Of a stretch of DNA of 64,000 bases, positions 10,727-23,900 are shown in pieces. The notes beneath the pieces were generated by a model. The model was not told where the DNA came from. It worked only from the letters and a program-made list of their open reading frames with translations, and ran no database searches. A program made the translations under genes and the position numbers. How positions within the stretch are numbered: the stretch's first letter is position 1; the number at the start of each line of letters is the position of its first letter. The stretch comes from an uncultured Gemmatimonadaceae bacterium. Lineage in GTDB: Bacteria > Gemmatimonadota > Gemmatimonadetes > Gemmatimonadales > Gemmatimonadaceae. Location: positions 160,001 to 224,000 of the forward strand of contig CAWAGQ010000011.1 of NCBI GenBank assembly GCA_963781585.1. The letters are read 5' to 3'.

Positions 10727-12343
10727 GTGCAGCCGATCGCGATGACGGTGGCACGCCGCGCGCGAATCTCATTCGTCGCATTGCTGGCGTGGGTCGTGCC
10801 CGCGCTGGCGGGCGCGCAGAACGTGGTGGGCGACACTGCAACGCATCGCGCTCCGGTCATTCGCGCCGTCGAGATCGCGCGACAGACTGTGTTCGACTCA
10901 CTCGAAGCCGAGTTCTGGCTCTATCATCTCGTCAACTCGCTTCACGTTCGTACCCGCCCCTATGTGATCCAGCGCGAGTTGCTCTTCGTCCCGGGTGAAC
11001 CCTACGATTCGGCGCGCGTCAACGAGTCCGAGCGCAACCTGCGCGCCCTCGGCATCTTCCAGGATGTGTCGATCGACACCGCGATGACCGATTCCGGCGT
11101 CGTGGTACGCGTTCGAACCATCGACGCCTGGACGACCACCGCCGGACTGGGACTGAGCACATCGGGGTCGCAGTACATTCTCGATCTGTCGCTCCAGGAG
11201 CTCAATTTCCTGGGCACGCATACCATTGCCGCGATCGGGTATGTGAACGATCCGGATCGCAGCAGCATCTCCGTCGGCGTCAGCACACCCCGCGTCATCA
11301 ACAACCGGATCGGCGTTGGCGCGTCGTACCTCGACCGGTCCGACGGGCATGCCGGGGCGCTGTCGCTCACCTATCCATTCGTGAGCCTCTCGTCACGCCA
11401 CGGCGGCTCGCTTCGTACGACATTCGTCAACGGCCGGGTGCTGCGGTTCTTTCGGGGCAATCCGGTTCCTTCTCAGGAGCTGCGTCGGCTGTATTCCATG
11501 GTTCGGGGTGACGCGGCCGTGGCGCTGATGGGCAGCCCGCGCGGCTACGTCCGGCTGGGTCTTGCCGCCCAGGTGCGACGCGAGGACTTCGGACCGGACG
11601 ACGGCTCGATCGCGATTCCACGGACCATCACCGCGGCCGCGGGGCCCACGCTCGGCGTCAGGCGGCCGCACTATATCCGGATGCACAACTACCAGACCAT
11701 GGGCCGCGTTGAGGACGTCGATCTCGGCGCCTGGATGCAGAGCGAGATTCTGGCTGCGCCCCGCGCCTGGGGCTATGACCGGGATGGCGTCGGCGCCGCG
11801 GTCACGGCCGGGATCGGGCATCGCATTCCTTCGGGATTCGTCCAGATCGTCGGAGGCGCCAACGCGCTCGTCACCAGCCAGGGAACGGACTCGGCGTCGG
11901 CCGGCGCGTCGGCCGTACTCGTTATGCAGGCCGGTCCGCGGCACCTGCTGGTGGCGCATGCCGGCGCGGGACTCCTCAGGAACCAGTTCCCGGGCGGCGA
12001 GTTCGACTACGGGCTGGGCAACGCCCTGCGCGCGTTTCCCGCGCACGCCTTCACCGGCAACCGTGAATACCAGCTCCACGCCGAGTATCGATTGATCATC
12101 TGGCCGCGCATCCTCGGCCTGGTGGGGGTCGGGGTCGCCGCGTTTGTCGATCACGCCGGTGCCTGGTACGACGGCCAGCCCTCGCGGACGGGGACGGATC
12201 TGGGCGTGGGGCTGCGGCTGGCCTCGCTGCGCGAGCCGGGGAGCGCTTGGCGCTTCGATCTGTCGCGCCGCCCGACAACCGACGTGCTGAGAGCGGCGTG
12301 GGTGATCTCGGTGGGGCGCGGGTTCGTCTTCCCGACGTTCTGA
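10727..12343 (+). CDS. Omp85/BamA-TamA-like outer-membrane protein (POTRA + barrel)
   Basis: Signal peptide; POTRA motif RTRPYVIQRELLF...ESERNLRALGIF; LRAFP, AEYR, FVDHAGAW, DLGVGLR; C-terminal F. Confidence 0.8.
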   Translation: MQPIAMTVARRARISFVALLAWVVPALAGAQNVVGDTATHRAPVIRAVEIARQTVFDSLEAEFWLYHLVNSLHVRTRPYVIQRELLFVPGEPYDSARVNESERNLRALGIFQDVSIDTAMTDSGVVVRVRTIDAWTTTAGLGLSTSGSQYILDLSLQELNFLGTHTIAAIGYVNDPDRSSISVGVSTPRVINNRIGVGASYLDRSDGHAGALSLTYPFVSLSSRHGGSLRTTFVNGRVLRFFRGNPVPSQELRRLYSMVRGDAAVALMGSPRGYVRLGLAAQVRREDFGPDDGSIAIPRTITAAAGPTLGVRRPHYIRMHNYQTMGRVEDVDLGAWMQSEILAAPRAWGYDRDGVGAAVTAGIGHRIPSGFVQIVGGANALVTSQGTDSASAGASAVLVMQAGPRHLLVAHAGAGLLRNQFPGGEFDYGLGNALRAFPAHAFTGNREYQLHAEYRLIIWPRILGLVGVGVAAFVDHAGAWYDGQPSRTGTDLGVGLRLASLREPGSAWRFDLSRRPTTDVLRAAWVISVGRGFVFPTF

Positions 12344-12408
12344 GTCACGAGTGCTTGGGTCCGGCGGCGAGGTAATGTCTGCGAGTTGTATCAGCCGTCG
12401 CGGCACTC

Positions 12409-12437
12409 TTGACGCCTCGCGACCGGCATCCTATCAT
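12409..12437 (+). promoter_or_regulatory. Sigma-70 promoter TTGACG-17-TATCAT
   Basis: Near-consensus boxes with a 17-nt spacer, ~20 nt upstream of the riboswitch. Confidence 0.7.
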
Positions 12438-12454
12438 CACCGCACAATCGAACG

Positions 12455-12510
12455 TCCGTGGTGATTTGCCGCCTATTGCCGCCACGTAAAACAATGAGCT
12501 AAAAAGCGAC
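12455..12510 (+). ncRNA. SAM-II (SAM_alpha-like) riboswitch aptamer
   Basis: CGTGGTGATTTG...TTGC.GCCACG.AAAACAA...GCTAAAAAGCG resembles the SAM-II pseudoknot consensus; P1 CGTGGT/GCCACG; upstream of sulfur-related genes. Confidence 0.78.
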
Positions 12511-12548
12511 GCGCCCGGCGGCAGTGTCAGCCCGGGCGTTTTCGTTTT
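12510..12548 (+). terminator. Intrinsic terminator, probable riboswitch expression platform
   Basis: GCGCCCGG...CCGGGCGT hairpin followed by TTTCGTTTT. Confidence 0.7.
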
Positions 12549-12570
12549 GGTGCCTTTCACCGGCCAGTCC

Positions 12571-12681
12571 ATGATCGCGTATCGCGCGCAGTCATCGCAG
12601 GTCTGCATGTGTACACCCTGGCGGCCTCCCTCGGGAGAGCGGTCCGGGGTTGCCGTGCATGGCGCACGCGACCCGAGCTAG
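12571..12681 (+). CDS. Putative 36-aa leader peptide with a Cys-Met-Cys motif
   Basis: MIAYRAQSSQVCMCTPWRPPSGERSGVAVHGARDPS*; followed by hairpins and a terminator; no clear SD sequence. Confidence 0.45.
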   Translation: MIAYRAQSSQVCMCTPWRPPSGERSGVAVHGARDPS

Positions 12682-12704
12682 AGCGAGAAGTCGCTCCAGC
12701 GCCC

Positions 12705-12739
12705 GGCCCGGCCCTCCTCGAGGGCCGGGCCTCTTTTTT
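12705..12739 (+). terminator. Intrinsic terminator/attenuator directly upstream of the ATP-grasp gene
   Basis: GGCCCGGCCCTC-CTC-GAGGGCCGGGCC (12-bp perfect stem) followed by TCTTTTTT. Confidence 0.85.
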
Positions 12740-12760
12740 CTTGCACGCAGGAGAAATGAT

Positions 12761-13803
12761 ATGACTGCCATTCAGACCTGGAGCCGGCCGCTCGCTGTGC
12801 TCCACGAACATCCCGACTGGTTCCGCCCGCTGTTCGCCGAGCTCGATCACCGGGGCCACGAGTATCGCCGGCTCGACGCGGCCTCGCACACCTACGATCC
12901 CGGTGAACGCGACGTGCCGTATTCGATCGTCTTCAATCGCGCCAGTCCGTCGGCGTATCTGCGCGGCCACGGCGCCTCCACCTTCTTCACGCTCCACTGG
13001 CTGCGTCACCTGGAGCGCCACGGCGTTCCGGTGGTCAACGGCAGCGCCGTCTATGCGCTGGAGCTCTCCAAGGCGTCGCAGCTCGATCTCCTCGATCAGC
13101 TCGGGTTGCCGTATCCGCGCGCGGTGATCATCAACGATCCCGCGCACGCCCTCGCGGCCGCCCGCCTGCTGCGCTACCCGATCCTGGTCAAGGCGAATAT
13201 CGGCGGCAGCGGCGCCGGCATCGTGCGCTACGACTCGCCGGCCGCCCTCGCCGACGCGGTGGCGGCGGGGGCGGTGGCCCTGAGCGTGGACGGCACGGCG
13301 CTGGTGCAGGAATGCGCGCCGCTGCGCGGGGGGCACATCACCCGCGTCGAAACGTTAGGCGGCCGCTATCTGTACGCGATCGATGTCTTTCCCGCGGCCG
13401 GCTCGTTCGACCTCTGCCCGGCCGATGCCTGCCAGACCACCAGCGGGGTGGAACTGGTGCGCGGCGCCTGCGCGGCCGACGCGCCCCGCGGCGGCCTCCG
13501 CGTCGAGGCCGCCCACCCGCCGGCCGCCGTCATCGCGCAGGTCGAGCGAATCGCCCGCGCCACGCAGCTCGATGTCGGCGGCATCGAGTATCTGATCGAT
13601 GATCGCGACGGCCAGGTCCGCTTCTATGATATCAACGCCCTCTCCAATTTCGTCGCCGATGCGCCGAACGTGATCGGCTTCGACCCGTTCGTGAACCTCG
13701 TCGACTACCTGGAATGGCGGGCACTCGGCGACCAATGCGACGCGTCATCCGCGGCGTTCGCGCCTCCCCGCCTCTCGCTCTCCACCGCTCACCACGTCAC
13801 GCC

Positions 13804-13807
<4 letters not shown>
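12761..13807 (+). CDS. ATP-grasp ligase (RimK/glutathione synthetase-like)
   Basis: AGGAG RBS; VVNG..ELSKA, YPILVKANIGGSGAGI, LVQE, DVGGIEY, YDINALSNF. Confidence 0.85.
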
Positions 13808-16070
<2,263 letters not shown>

Positions 16071-16116
16071 CTTTTAACACAGCTACTCTGCGGTGAAAAA
16101 GATTGCGGTGAAGAAA

Positions 16117-18861
16117 TTAGCGCCCGGGCGACGCGGTCGGCGGCGTCCAGAATCCCGGCGCCCCGTGGGCCTGCGCCGCGACGTCGTGCGAGAAGAACGC
16201 CGCGTTGAATACTGCCCGGAACGACCCCTGTGGTTGGCCCCGCCACTCCGGCTGGAACGCGAACAGCACCACATGGCCATCCCCATGTCGCGCGTCGATG
16301 GCAGCCGCATATCCCTCCATGTACTTCTCGCCTTTCAGAAAGCCCGATCGAAGGGGCGAAACATCGCTCGCGTACTTCGCCAACACCGCACCCTCGAATC
16401 CGTCGAGTGTGGTGAACACCGGGCTGCCACTCACGAAGACATCGGCCTGCTCCGGCATCCCCGCCATCACCGGATGGGTCGGATCGGTTGTCACGCGCAT
16501 GATCGAACCGCCGGTGAAGTACTCCTGGCGCGAGACACCCGCGACGACGTTCCGCACCGGCAACTGGAATGTGCCGATCGCCGACGAGGTCCCCTGGTTC
16601 CAGAAGACGACCGTCCCGCCGCCCCGCACGAATTCGTCGACTGCGCGCACACGCGTGCTGTCGTCCATCGCGCGCATCCGCGCACTGTCCTGCGCCGCCT
16701 GACTGGGTGGTGCCCCTCGGCCACCCCCACGCCCTCCGCGGCCGCCACCACCACCGCCGCGGCCGAAGCCCCGCCCGCCAGCCGACAGCGCCTGCGACCC
16801 GAACAGGATCGCATCGAAACGCGAGGAGAGGTTCCCCCCCTTCAGATCGTCCGGCCCGATGAGCGAATAGCGGTAGCCGTGCGTGTCGAGCAGCCATTCG
16901 CTCCATCCCTCGTCCATGTTCCCCGGCGACGCCTTGTAGAGCGCAATCCGCGTCGCCACCGGAATCGACGATCCGGCGGCTGACGACATGCGCTCACCGC
17001 GCACCCACAGTTCGCTCGCCCACGCGCCAAGCTTCGTCGCGTCGACCCCCGAGACCAGATACCGCGCCGCCTTCCCGCCGGCCGCCGGTTCGTAACGCAC
17101 CGATCCGCCGGCGCCGAGTGCACGGTTGATGAGACGGAAGGCGTTGGTCTGCGCCGGGTCGAGTGAAACGACGTCGCCGGAACCGGTGAGCCCACCGGGC
17201 GGTGGAACGATCCCGGCCGCCTCGGCGTTCGTCGTGAACGGATAGTCCGGCGCCGCTCCCCACGCGTCCGCCTTGCCCGATACCGGCGCGAGCGCGGACC
17301 GGAATGCGGCCGGCAGCGGCACCGAGCCCTCCACTACTTGCACATTCATTTGATAGGGGAGCGTCCACCCGGCCGCATCGTACGGCAGGTCTTCGCCCAG
17401 ATCCGGGTACTGCTGTGGCTCGAACAACTCGCGTACCAGCTGCGCGAATTCCTGGTCCATGGGAATGACCCAGGTGCCGCGCGGATACGTCGTGCCGTTG
17501 TACGACGCCTCGCGACTCAGCTGCTGTATGCGCACCCCGAGGAACGCCATGCGGCGCAGCAGCTCAACCGGCGCCACCGGATCCCACTGGTCTTGCGGGA
17601 TGAGATACGCATATGGCGCCGAAGTCCGGAACTGGTGAATGGTGCGCGTCCCCGCCTGATACCGGTTGTACAACACCTCCTCCTTGAACTTCGAGGCGTA
17701 CCGGAGCGTCGCGATCGACGCCGTCACCATGTAGTCGACCGCATCCCGGAGCCCCCATTTCCCTTCTGCCCACGGACTCACGTACAACGGGAGCGGGCGG
17801 AGGTCTCGGTACGCCTGCGGCAGACTGTCCACCGTGGTCGTGCGCGGCGTGGCGCAGTTTCCGCCCTGCGTCTCCGTCCACCACGACGGGATGTTCTGGT
17901 ACATCGGCATGTAGTCGATGTAGCCGGGATACCAGGCATCGTACGTCTCCAGCATGTGCACCGCGCCCGGCTTCCCTTGAGCGTCGAGCTCCTCGGCAAT
18001 CCGCGTGCCGATCGCGTTGACCTCGCGCGCCATGATCGGCGGCACGCGCAGCCCCACCGGATCGGCGAACGGCGGAATCCAGATTCGGGTGGGGAACGGC
18101 GACGACTGGTGGTGCACGTAGATGATGTCCGGTTCCCACGCCCGCCACGTGTGGGCGATCACCCGCGACTCGATCTGGTTCAGCATGTAGCTGTCGCGGT
18201 TGTTGTCGTGCCCGACGTATTTCTGGTAGAGCTCCATCGGTCCCGGGTTCTTTCCCTCGTCGCGCGCCCGGCACCAGTTCACCACGATGTCCTGACCGTC
18301 CGGATTGATCGAGGGCCAGAGGAAGAGAATCACGTTGTTGAAGATCGCCTGCATCTCGGGGTCGTCGGCGTGCGAGAGCAGTTCGTAGGCGAGTTGCGGC
18401 GTGTGCTGCGAGCCCGCGATCTCGGAAGCGTGCAGCCCGCCGCTGATGTCGACGATCGCGCGCCCCTCCCGCGCCAGCCGGTGCGCCTCGGCGTCCGTCA
18501 GCCCCTCCGGATGCGCCAGCTGCATGTTGATCTGCCGGAAATGATCGATGGCCGCGAGGTTCGCCGGCGACGAGATGAGCGCGACCGTCCACGGGTGGCC
18601 GAACGATGTCTTGCCCACCTCCATGAGGCGGATGCGAGGGCTTGCCGCCGCCAGCTTGCGGAAATAGGCGATCGACTGGTCATAGCCGAACAGCTTGTAA
18701 TCGGCGCCGACCGGAAACCCGAACACCGACTCGGGTGTGGGGATGGCCGGTCGCTGCCCCGGTGCCTGTGCCTCCGCTGGCTGGGCGACCGCGACGGCGA
18801 GGGCGAGGGTGGTGGCGAAGGATCGAAGGGCGCGGTGGCCCCTGGAAACAAGGCGCGGCAT
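16117..18861 (-). CDS. Secreted M14 zinc carboxypeptidase-family protein with C-terminal class I GATase-like domain
   Basis: Signal peptide; LHASE, NPDG, DNNRD, HHQ zinc/substrate motifs; MDEGW..W, FVRGGG C-terminal domain. Confidence 0.88.
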   Translation of the reverse strand: MPRLVSRGHRALRSFATTLALAVAVAQPAEAQAPGQRPAIPTPESVFGFPVGADYKLFGYDQSIAYFRKLAAASPRIRLMEVGKTSFGHPWTVALISSPANLAAIDHFRQINMQLAHPEGLTDAEAHRLAREGRAIVDISGGLHASEIAGSQHTPQLAYELLSHADDPEMQAIFNNVILFLWPSINPDGQDIVVNWCRARDEGKNPGPMELYQKYVGHDNNRDSYMLNQIESRVIAHTWRAWEPDIIYVHHQSSPFPTRIWIPPFADPVGLRVPPIMAREVNAIGTRIAEELDAQGKPGAVHMLETYDAWYPGYIDYMPMYQNIPSWWTETQGGNCATPRTTTVDSLPQAYRDLRPLPLYVSPWAEGKWGLRDAVDYMVTASIATLRYASKFKEEVLYNRYQAGTRTIHQFRTSAPYAYLIPQDQWDPVAPVELLRRMAFLGVRIQQLSREASYNGTTYPRGTWVIPMDQEFAQLVRELFEPQQYPDLGEDLPYDAAGWTLPYQMNVQVVEGSVPLPAAFRSALAPVSGKADAWGAAPDYPFTTNAEAAGIVPPPGGLTGSGDVVSLDPAQTNAFRLINRALGAGGSVRYEPAAGGKAARYLVSGVDATKLGAWASELWVRGERMSSAAGSSIPVATRIALYKASPGNMDEGWSEWLLDTHGYRYSLIGPDDLKGGNLSSRFDAILFGSQALSAGGRGFGRGGGGGGRGGRGGGRGAPPSQAAQDSARMRAMDDSTRVRAVDEFVRGGGTVVFWNQGTSSAIGTFQLPVRNVVAGVSRQEYFTGGSIMRVTTDPTHPVMAGMPEQADVFVSGSPVFTTLDGFEGAVLAKYASDVSPLRSGFLKGEKYMEGYAAAIDARHGDGHVVLFAFQPEWRGQPQGSFRAVFNAAFFSHDVAAQAHGAPGFWTPPTASPGR

Positions 18862-19020
18862 CGAAATCTCCTGCGTGGTATTCGCGCGAAACTGCCGGAA
18901 TCAATCGAACGAGTGCGTCTGCCTAACTGTACCAGGTCGCGAACGGCTCACTCCCCCACCCACGCTCGCGAAGATGCGTGCGCTCTCCCGGTCCCACCAG
19001 TCCTGCATCACCCATCGACA

Positions 19021-19824
19021 TCAGCGTTCACGGGTCCAGAGGAGCAGGACCCCGCAATCGGAATTCATCGGGCTGTATCCGGCCGGGAGCGTCGCTCCGC
19101 CGGGGTGATACTCCACGCCGGCAAAGTCGCGGACGCTCAGCCGGCTGAAGTCGGGTCGTGTCGCGGCCGGCTGGGTGTAGTCCCAGATGCGCGCGCCGTC
19201 CATATACACGGTCACGAAGCACGTAATCATCCGGTCGGCGTTCAGGAACACCGGACCCGGTGCCTGCTTCCGACCGGACGCCAGATAGATCGACCCGTTC
19301 ACGCGCACCAGATACACCCCCGGGATCTGCGAGAGGATCACGCTGTTCAGCATCTTGTCGTCGTTCTTGCGGAGCGTCTCCTCGGAAATGAAGTGTCCGA
19401 ATCCGCGCGCCCGCCGCTCCTCGAACGCGCGCAGGGCCGGCGAGATGTAGGTGTGGGTCGTCGTGGTGTGCACCGTGTCCAGCACCGTGACCTGCCGCGT
19501 GAGTGCATAGTCGCGGTGCAGCGTCTGGTCCGCGGCCAGCGTGACGGTGTCTCGTCGGGGCAGAAAGCCGATGCGCCGCACTTCGACCGCCAGAGCGCCC
19601 GCGGGCAGCCCCGCGAGCCGGAACCGGCCATCGGCCGAGGTCACGACCCGCTGATGCAGCAGGGGAATGGACACCTCCGCGTCGGGGAGTCCCATCCCCG
19701 TCGAATCATCCGTCACCGTCCCCACCAGAGCCGCTGCCTGGGTCGGTTGCTGCGCCGGGATCGCGCGCACGCCCGCGGCGAGCAGCAGCCCCGCGGGGAT
19801 GAGCTGTCGCGTCCAGCGACGCAT
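19021..19824 (-). CDS. Secreted protein: carboxypeptidase-regulatory-like domain + TonB plug-like domain, no barrel
   Basis: Signal peptide; GTVTD..G..LPDAEV, DGRFRL, RRIGF; FEERRARGFG; VYMDG, GVEYH, CGVLLLWTR. Confidence 0.7.
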   Translation of the reverse strand: MRRWTRQLIPAGLLLAAGVRAIPAQQPTQAAALVGTVTDDSTGMGLPDAEVSIPLLHQRVVTSADGRFRLAGLPAGALAVEVRRIGFLPRRDTVTLAADQTLHRDYALTRQVTVLDTVHTTTTHTYISPALRAFEERRARGFGHFISEETLRKNDDKMLNSVILSQIPGVYLVRVNGSIYLASGRKQAPGPVFLNADRMITCFVTVYMDGARIWDYTQPAATRPDFSRLSVRDFAGVEYHPGGATLPAGYSPMNSDCGVLLLWTRER

Positions 19825-19854
19825 CGGCGGTCCCGGGGCGCGACAGAGCGCCGG

Positions 19855-20622
19855 CTACAGCGCGCCGACCGCGACGGTGCGGAGCGTAGAGCTGCGCAGG
19901 ATGCTTTCGACGACCATGCGCTCGGTGGCGTGAATCTCCTCCTCGACGAGTCGCCTCGCCTCGGGTGCCTGCTTGCGACGGAGAGCGGCAAGCAGGGCCT
20001 CGTGGCTATGGACGGCTTCCTGACTCTGTGGGTGCAGGAGCATTCCGAACTGGATGATGCGCTGACTCTCCACCAGCAGCTGGTCGACCAGCGCGGCCAG
20101 CTTCCGGTTGCCGCAGGCGTCGGCGATGGTCGCGTGGAAGAGGCGGTTCGCGTGCAGGAATGCGCGGACAGACTCCGGTTTCGTCACGTCGTATCCAACG
20201 TGACAGAGCTCGTCCAGGGCGTTCGCATGTGCTCGATCCAGCCGGCCGGTGGCCAGGGTGATCGCGGCCGGTTCGACGATGAGCCGCAATCCACACAGGT
20301 CTTCCACGTCCCGGAGGCTGATCGGAGCGACGGCATATCCCTGCCTGGGACGCACCACCACCAGCCCCTCATGCACCAAACGGCGCAGGGCTTCCCGCAC
20401 GGGCGTCTTGCCGGCCCGCATCTGGTTGGCGACTTCGCTCTCCGTCAGGCGCTCTCCGGGCGGCCGCTCGCAGGCGATGATCGATTGGCGGAGTTGAACG
20501 TACGCGATTTCGCTGGCGGAGCCCGCGGCGAGCGATCGCGTCGGGCCACCCCGTCGTCCAGGCCGCGCCGCCGTGGGTTGGTCCGCGAGGCGACGCGGAA
20601 TGCCTTTCAGGATCTTTCTCAT
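19855..20622 (-). CDS. GntR/FadR-family transcriptional regulator (start uncertain)
   Basis: PGERLTE..A...GKTPVREAL..L..EGLV; FCD domain NRLFH...HEALL. Confidence 0.9.
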   Translation of the reverse strand: MRKILKGIPRRLADQPTAARPGRRGGPTRSLAAGSASEIAYVQLRQSIIACERPPGERLTESEVANQMRAGKTPVREALRRLVHEGLVVVRPRQGYAVAPISLRDVEDLCGLRLIVEPAAITLATGRLDRAHANALDELCHVGYDVTKPESVRAFLHANRLFHATIADACGNRKLAALVDQLLVESQRIIQFGMLLHPQSQEAVHSHEALLAALRRKQAPEARRLVEEEIHATERMVVESILRSSTLRTVAVGAL

Positions 20623-20967
20623 GCCGTCCCCGGGGTCGGACTGCTCTCGTCCCATGTGCATTGACACGACATACCAGGAGCCGTACAGTAATATATCACG
20701 ACCCGGGCTTCGGGCCGAGAGTTTTTTCGCAGCGACTGTCGTCTCCAGCGGCGCACGCGCCGGTGTCGAGCGATCGTCGGTGCGGGCGTTGGTCGGAGTC
20801 ACCAGAATGCCCGGCCCACCGGCGGCCCGTTCGCCGGCAGGCCTGAGTGGTTTGCGTCAGCCGCCTAACGAACGATGCGCACGTCGCGACCTGCGGCAGG
20901 CGCCCGCCGTTGCGACGGCAGACGAGTCGGCAGGTCGTTCGCATTCATCAGCAGGAGGACTCCGATT

Positions 20968-23900
20968 ATGAACCTGTTTCATTGCAGACGTCTGGCGGTC
21001 ACGGGCGCGGTGCTCGCCCTTCTCGGACCGCCCCTCCACTCCCTCGCGGCGCAGGGCACGCTCACCGGCAAGGTCACGGCCCAGGCCAACGATCAGCCCC
21101 TCGCCGACGCCACCATCCTCGTCCTGGGGACCAACTCGTCGGCGCTGACCGGACCGGACGGCAGCTACACCATCAAGAACGTCCGCGCCGGCACGTTCGA
21201 CGTGCAGGCCCTCCACGTCGGGTTCCGGCCAATCAAGAAATCGGTCACCGTCAGCAACGGCTCGACCACCAAGGCCGATTTCGTCCTCGAGATCTCGATC
21301 GTGCAGCTCCAGGAGGTCGTCACCACCGCCACCGGACAGCAACGACGCATCGAGCTCGGTAACGCGGTCTCCACCCTCGGCAACGTCTCCAAGGTCGTGG
21401 AGCAGTCGGCGGTGCGATCAGTCTCCGACCTGCTGCTCGCCAAGTCGCCAGGCGTGGTGGTCCTTCCCAACACCACGCTGGGGGGCGCCCCGACGGTCCG
21501 AATCCGCGGGACGTCGTCGATCAGCTTGAGCAACGCGCCCATCTACTATGTGGACGGCGTGCGCTTTTCCTCGAATGATCTGACGTCGGGCACCGACACC
21601 CGGTTCTCGCTGCTGAACACGCTCAATCCCGATGAGATCGAGGATGTCGAGATCGTGAAAGGGCCTTCGGCCGCCACCCTCTACGGCACCAACGCGGCCA
21701 ACGGCGTCGTCCTCATCACCACCAAGAAAGGGAGATCGGGGCAGACCCACTGGAACTGGACCGCCGAAGGCGGACAGGTCAAGGACGAGGTCCCCTATCC
21801 CACGATGTACGCCAACTGGGGACACTCCCCCACCGATCCGAGCAAGATCATCCGCTGCCGGCTGGCGACGATGGGACCGACCACCTGCATCTCCGACAGC
21901 CTGACGAGTTACAACTACCTGCGCGACCCCAGCCGCACCTTCCTGAATACCGGCAACCGGAGCCTGTACGGCGTGAGCGTGCAGGGTGGGAACGACGTCG
22001 TGCGCTTCTTCGCCAACGGAGACCTCGAAAACGAGATCGGGCCGATGCAGATGCCCGGCTACGAGATCCAGCGCTTCGACTCGCTGCACGTCAAGGTGCT
22101 GGATCAGTGGAAGAACCCGCTGGCGATGAACCGGAAGTCGTTCCGCGGTAACCTGTCTGCTACGCTGAGCCCGAAAATCGACCTGAGCATCAGTTCGGGA
22201 TTCACGAACCTCTACAACCGGATCCCGCCCGAAAGTGATCTGATCATCTCGTTGCTCTACGTCGGGATGCAGAACTACGGATTCAAGGGCCCTGGACTCG
22301 ACAAGATCACCAATCAGGTGAATGGCACGCCGCTCAACGACGCCTTCCAGTGGGCGCCGGGCGACATCATGCAGAACATCAACGAATCGACCGTCCAGCG
22401 GACCACGATGAGCACCAACGGCAACTGGCGGCCGTTCTCGTGGATGCAGAACGACGCGACGATCGGCATGGACCTGTCCAACGCCGGATACTACCAGATC
22501 TGTCGCCTCGAAGAGTGCCCGCCGCAGAACGCCACCGCGCGACTCGGGCGTGTAACCGACAACAAGCACAATTACCTGAATCTCAGCGCCCGCTTCTCGA
22601 GCAACTCCTCGTGGAACGTGAGGCCGTGGGCCAACCTCCAGACCTCGATCGGGGGTGACTACACGAACGTCGAAGACGACTTCGTGAATTCGGGTGGGAC
22701 CATCCTGCCTCCGGGCGCGTCGACGGTAAGTGCGGCATCCACCCGGTCGGCATCGCAGCAGCAGCCGACGGCGGTGAAGACGCTCGGTCTGTACGTGCAG
22801 GAGCAGGCGTCGCTCCGCGATCGCCTCTTCCTCACCGCCGCGATCCGCACCGACCAGAACAGTGCCTTCGGGACCAACTTCCAGAAGGTCTACTATCCGA
22901 AGGCGAGCATCTCGTGGCTCGTGTCGGATGAATCATTCTTCCCGCGCCTGTCGTGGGTAAACAGCTTCCGACTGCGCAGCGCCTACGGCGCGAGCGGCGT
23001 GCAGCCGGGCGCCACGGCGTCGTTGGTGACGTTCAACCCCGGTAGCGTGAGTATCCCGGCACGCGGATCCACCACGGGGTCCGACACCCCGGGGCTCACC
23101 GCCAATCAGCCGGGGAATGCCAATCTCAAGCCGGAGAAGTCCACCGAACTCGAAGCCGGCTTCGAGTCCCAGCTGCTCGGCAACCGCCTGCGCCTCGACT
23201 TCACCTACTATCGGAAGCAGACCAAGGATGCCCTGGTCTCGGTGAGCCTCGCGCCGTCGTCCGCGTCGTCGCAGCTCAGCCCCCTCCAGAACATCGGCTC
23301 CACCCGCAACTGGGGCCAGGAAGCGACCATCAACGCCCAGCTGCTCGACATCAGGCCCGTCACCTGGGACGTCACCATCAACGCGTCGCACAACAGCAGC
23401 AAGGTCGTCAACCTGGGCCTCGATCCCAACACCGGCGAGCCGCGCATTCTCCGCAGCGGCAGCCAGGGCGGCGAGGTGCGCCAGATACCAGGCCTGCCGA
23501 TCAACTCGATGTTCTACCGCCCGTACACCTATAACGACGACAACGGCGACGGCATCCTGCAGGTTGACGAGGTACACGTCGACTCGGCATTCAAGTACTT
23601 CGGCTATCGCACGCCGCGCGACCTGGTCTCCATTCAGACCGGGGTCGAAGTGCTCAATCACCGCCTCCGCATCAACGCCACCTTCGATCACAAGGGTGGG
23701 GGCGGCACGCAGGACGGCGCGAACAACTTCCAGTGCTCCACAGGACCGTTCGCGTGCCAGGAGGTCGAGGATCCCAGGGCTCCTCTCGCGCTGCAGGCCC
23801 GCGCCGTCGCCAAGACCTATGGGACCCTGCTCGGCGGCACGACCTATAAATCCGGTGCCGGCTACTGGATGTCGAACAACTTCTGGAAGTGGCGTGAGAT

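Noticed and set aside
12571..12681. Small ORF as a graspetide (RiPP) precursor for the ATP-grasp enzyme
   Set aside because: No Lys and no recognisable graspetide leader or core motif. Its position between two terminators fits attenuation better, though this is not fully excluded.
17338..20664. 1108-aa plus-strand ORF
   Set aside because: Antisense shadow of three well-supported minus-strand genes; stop-poor because of high GC; no motifs.
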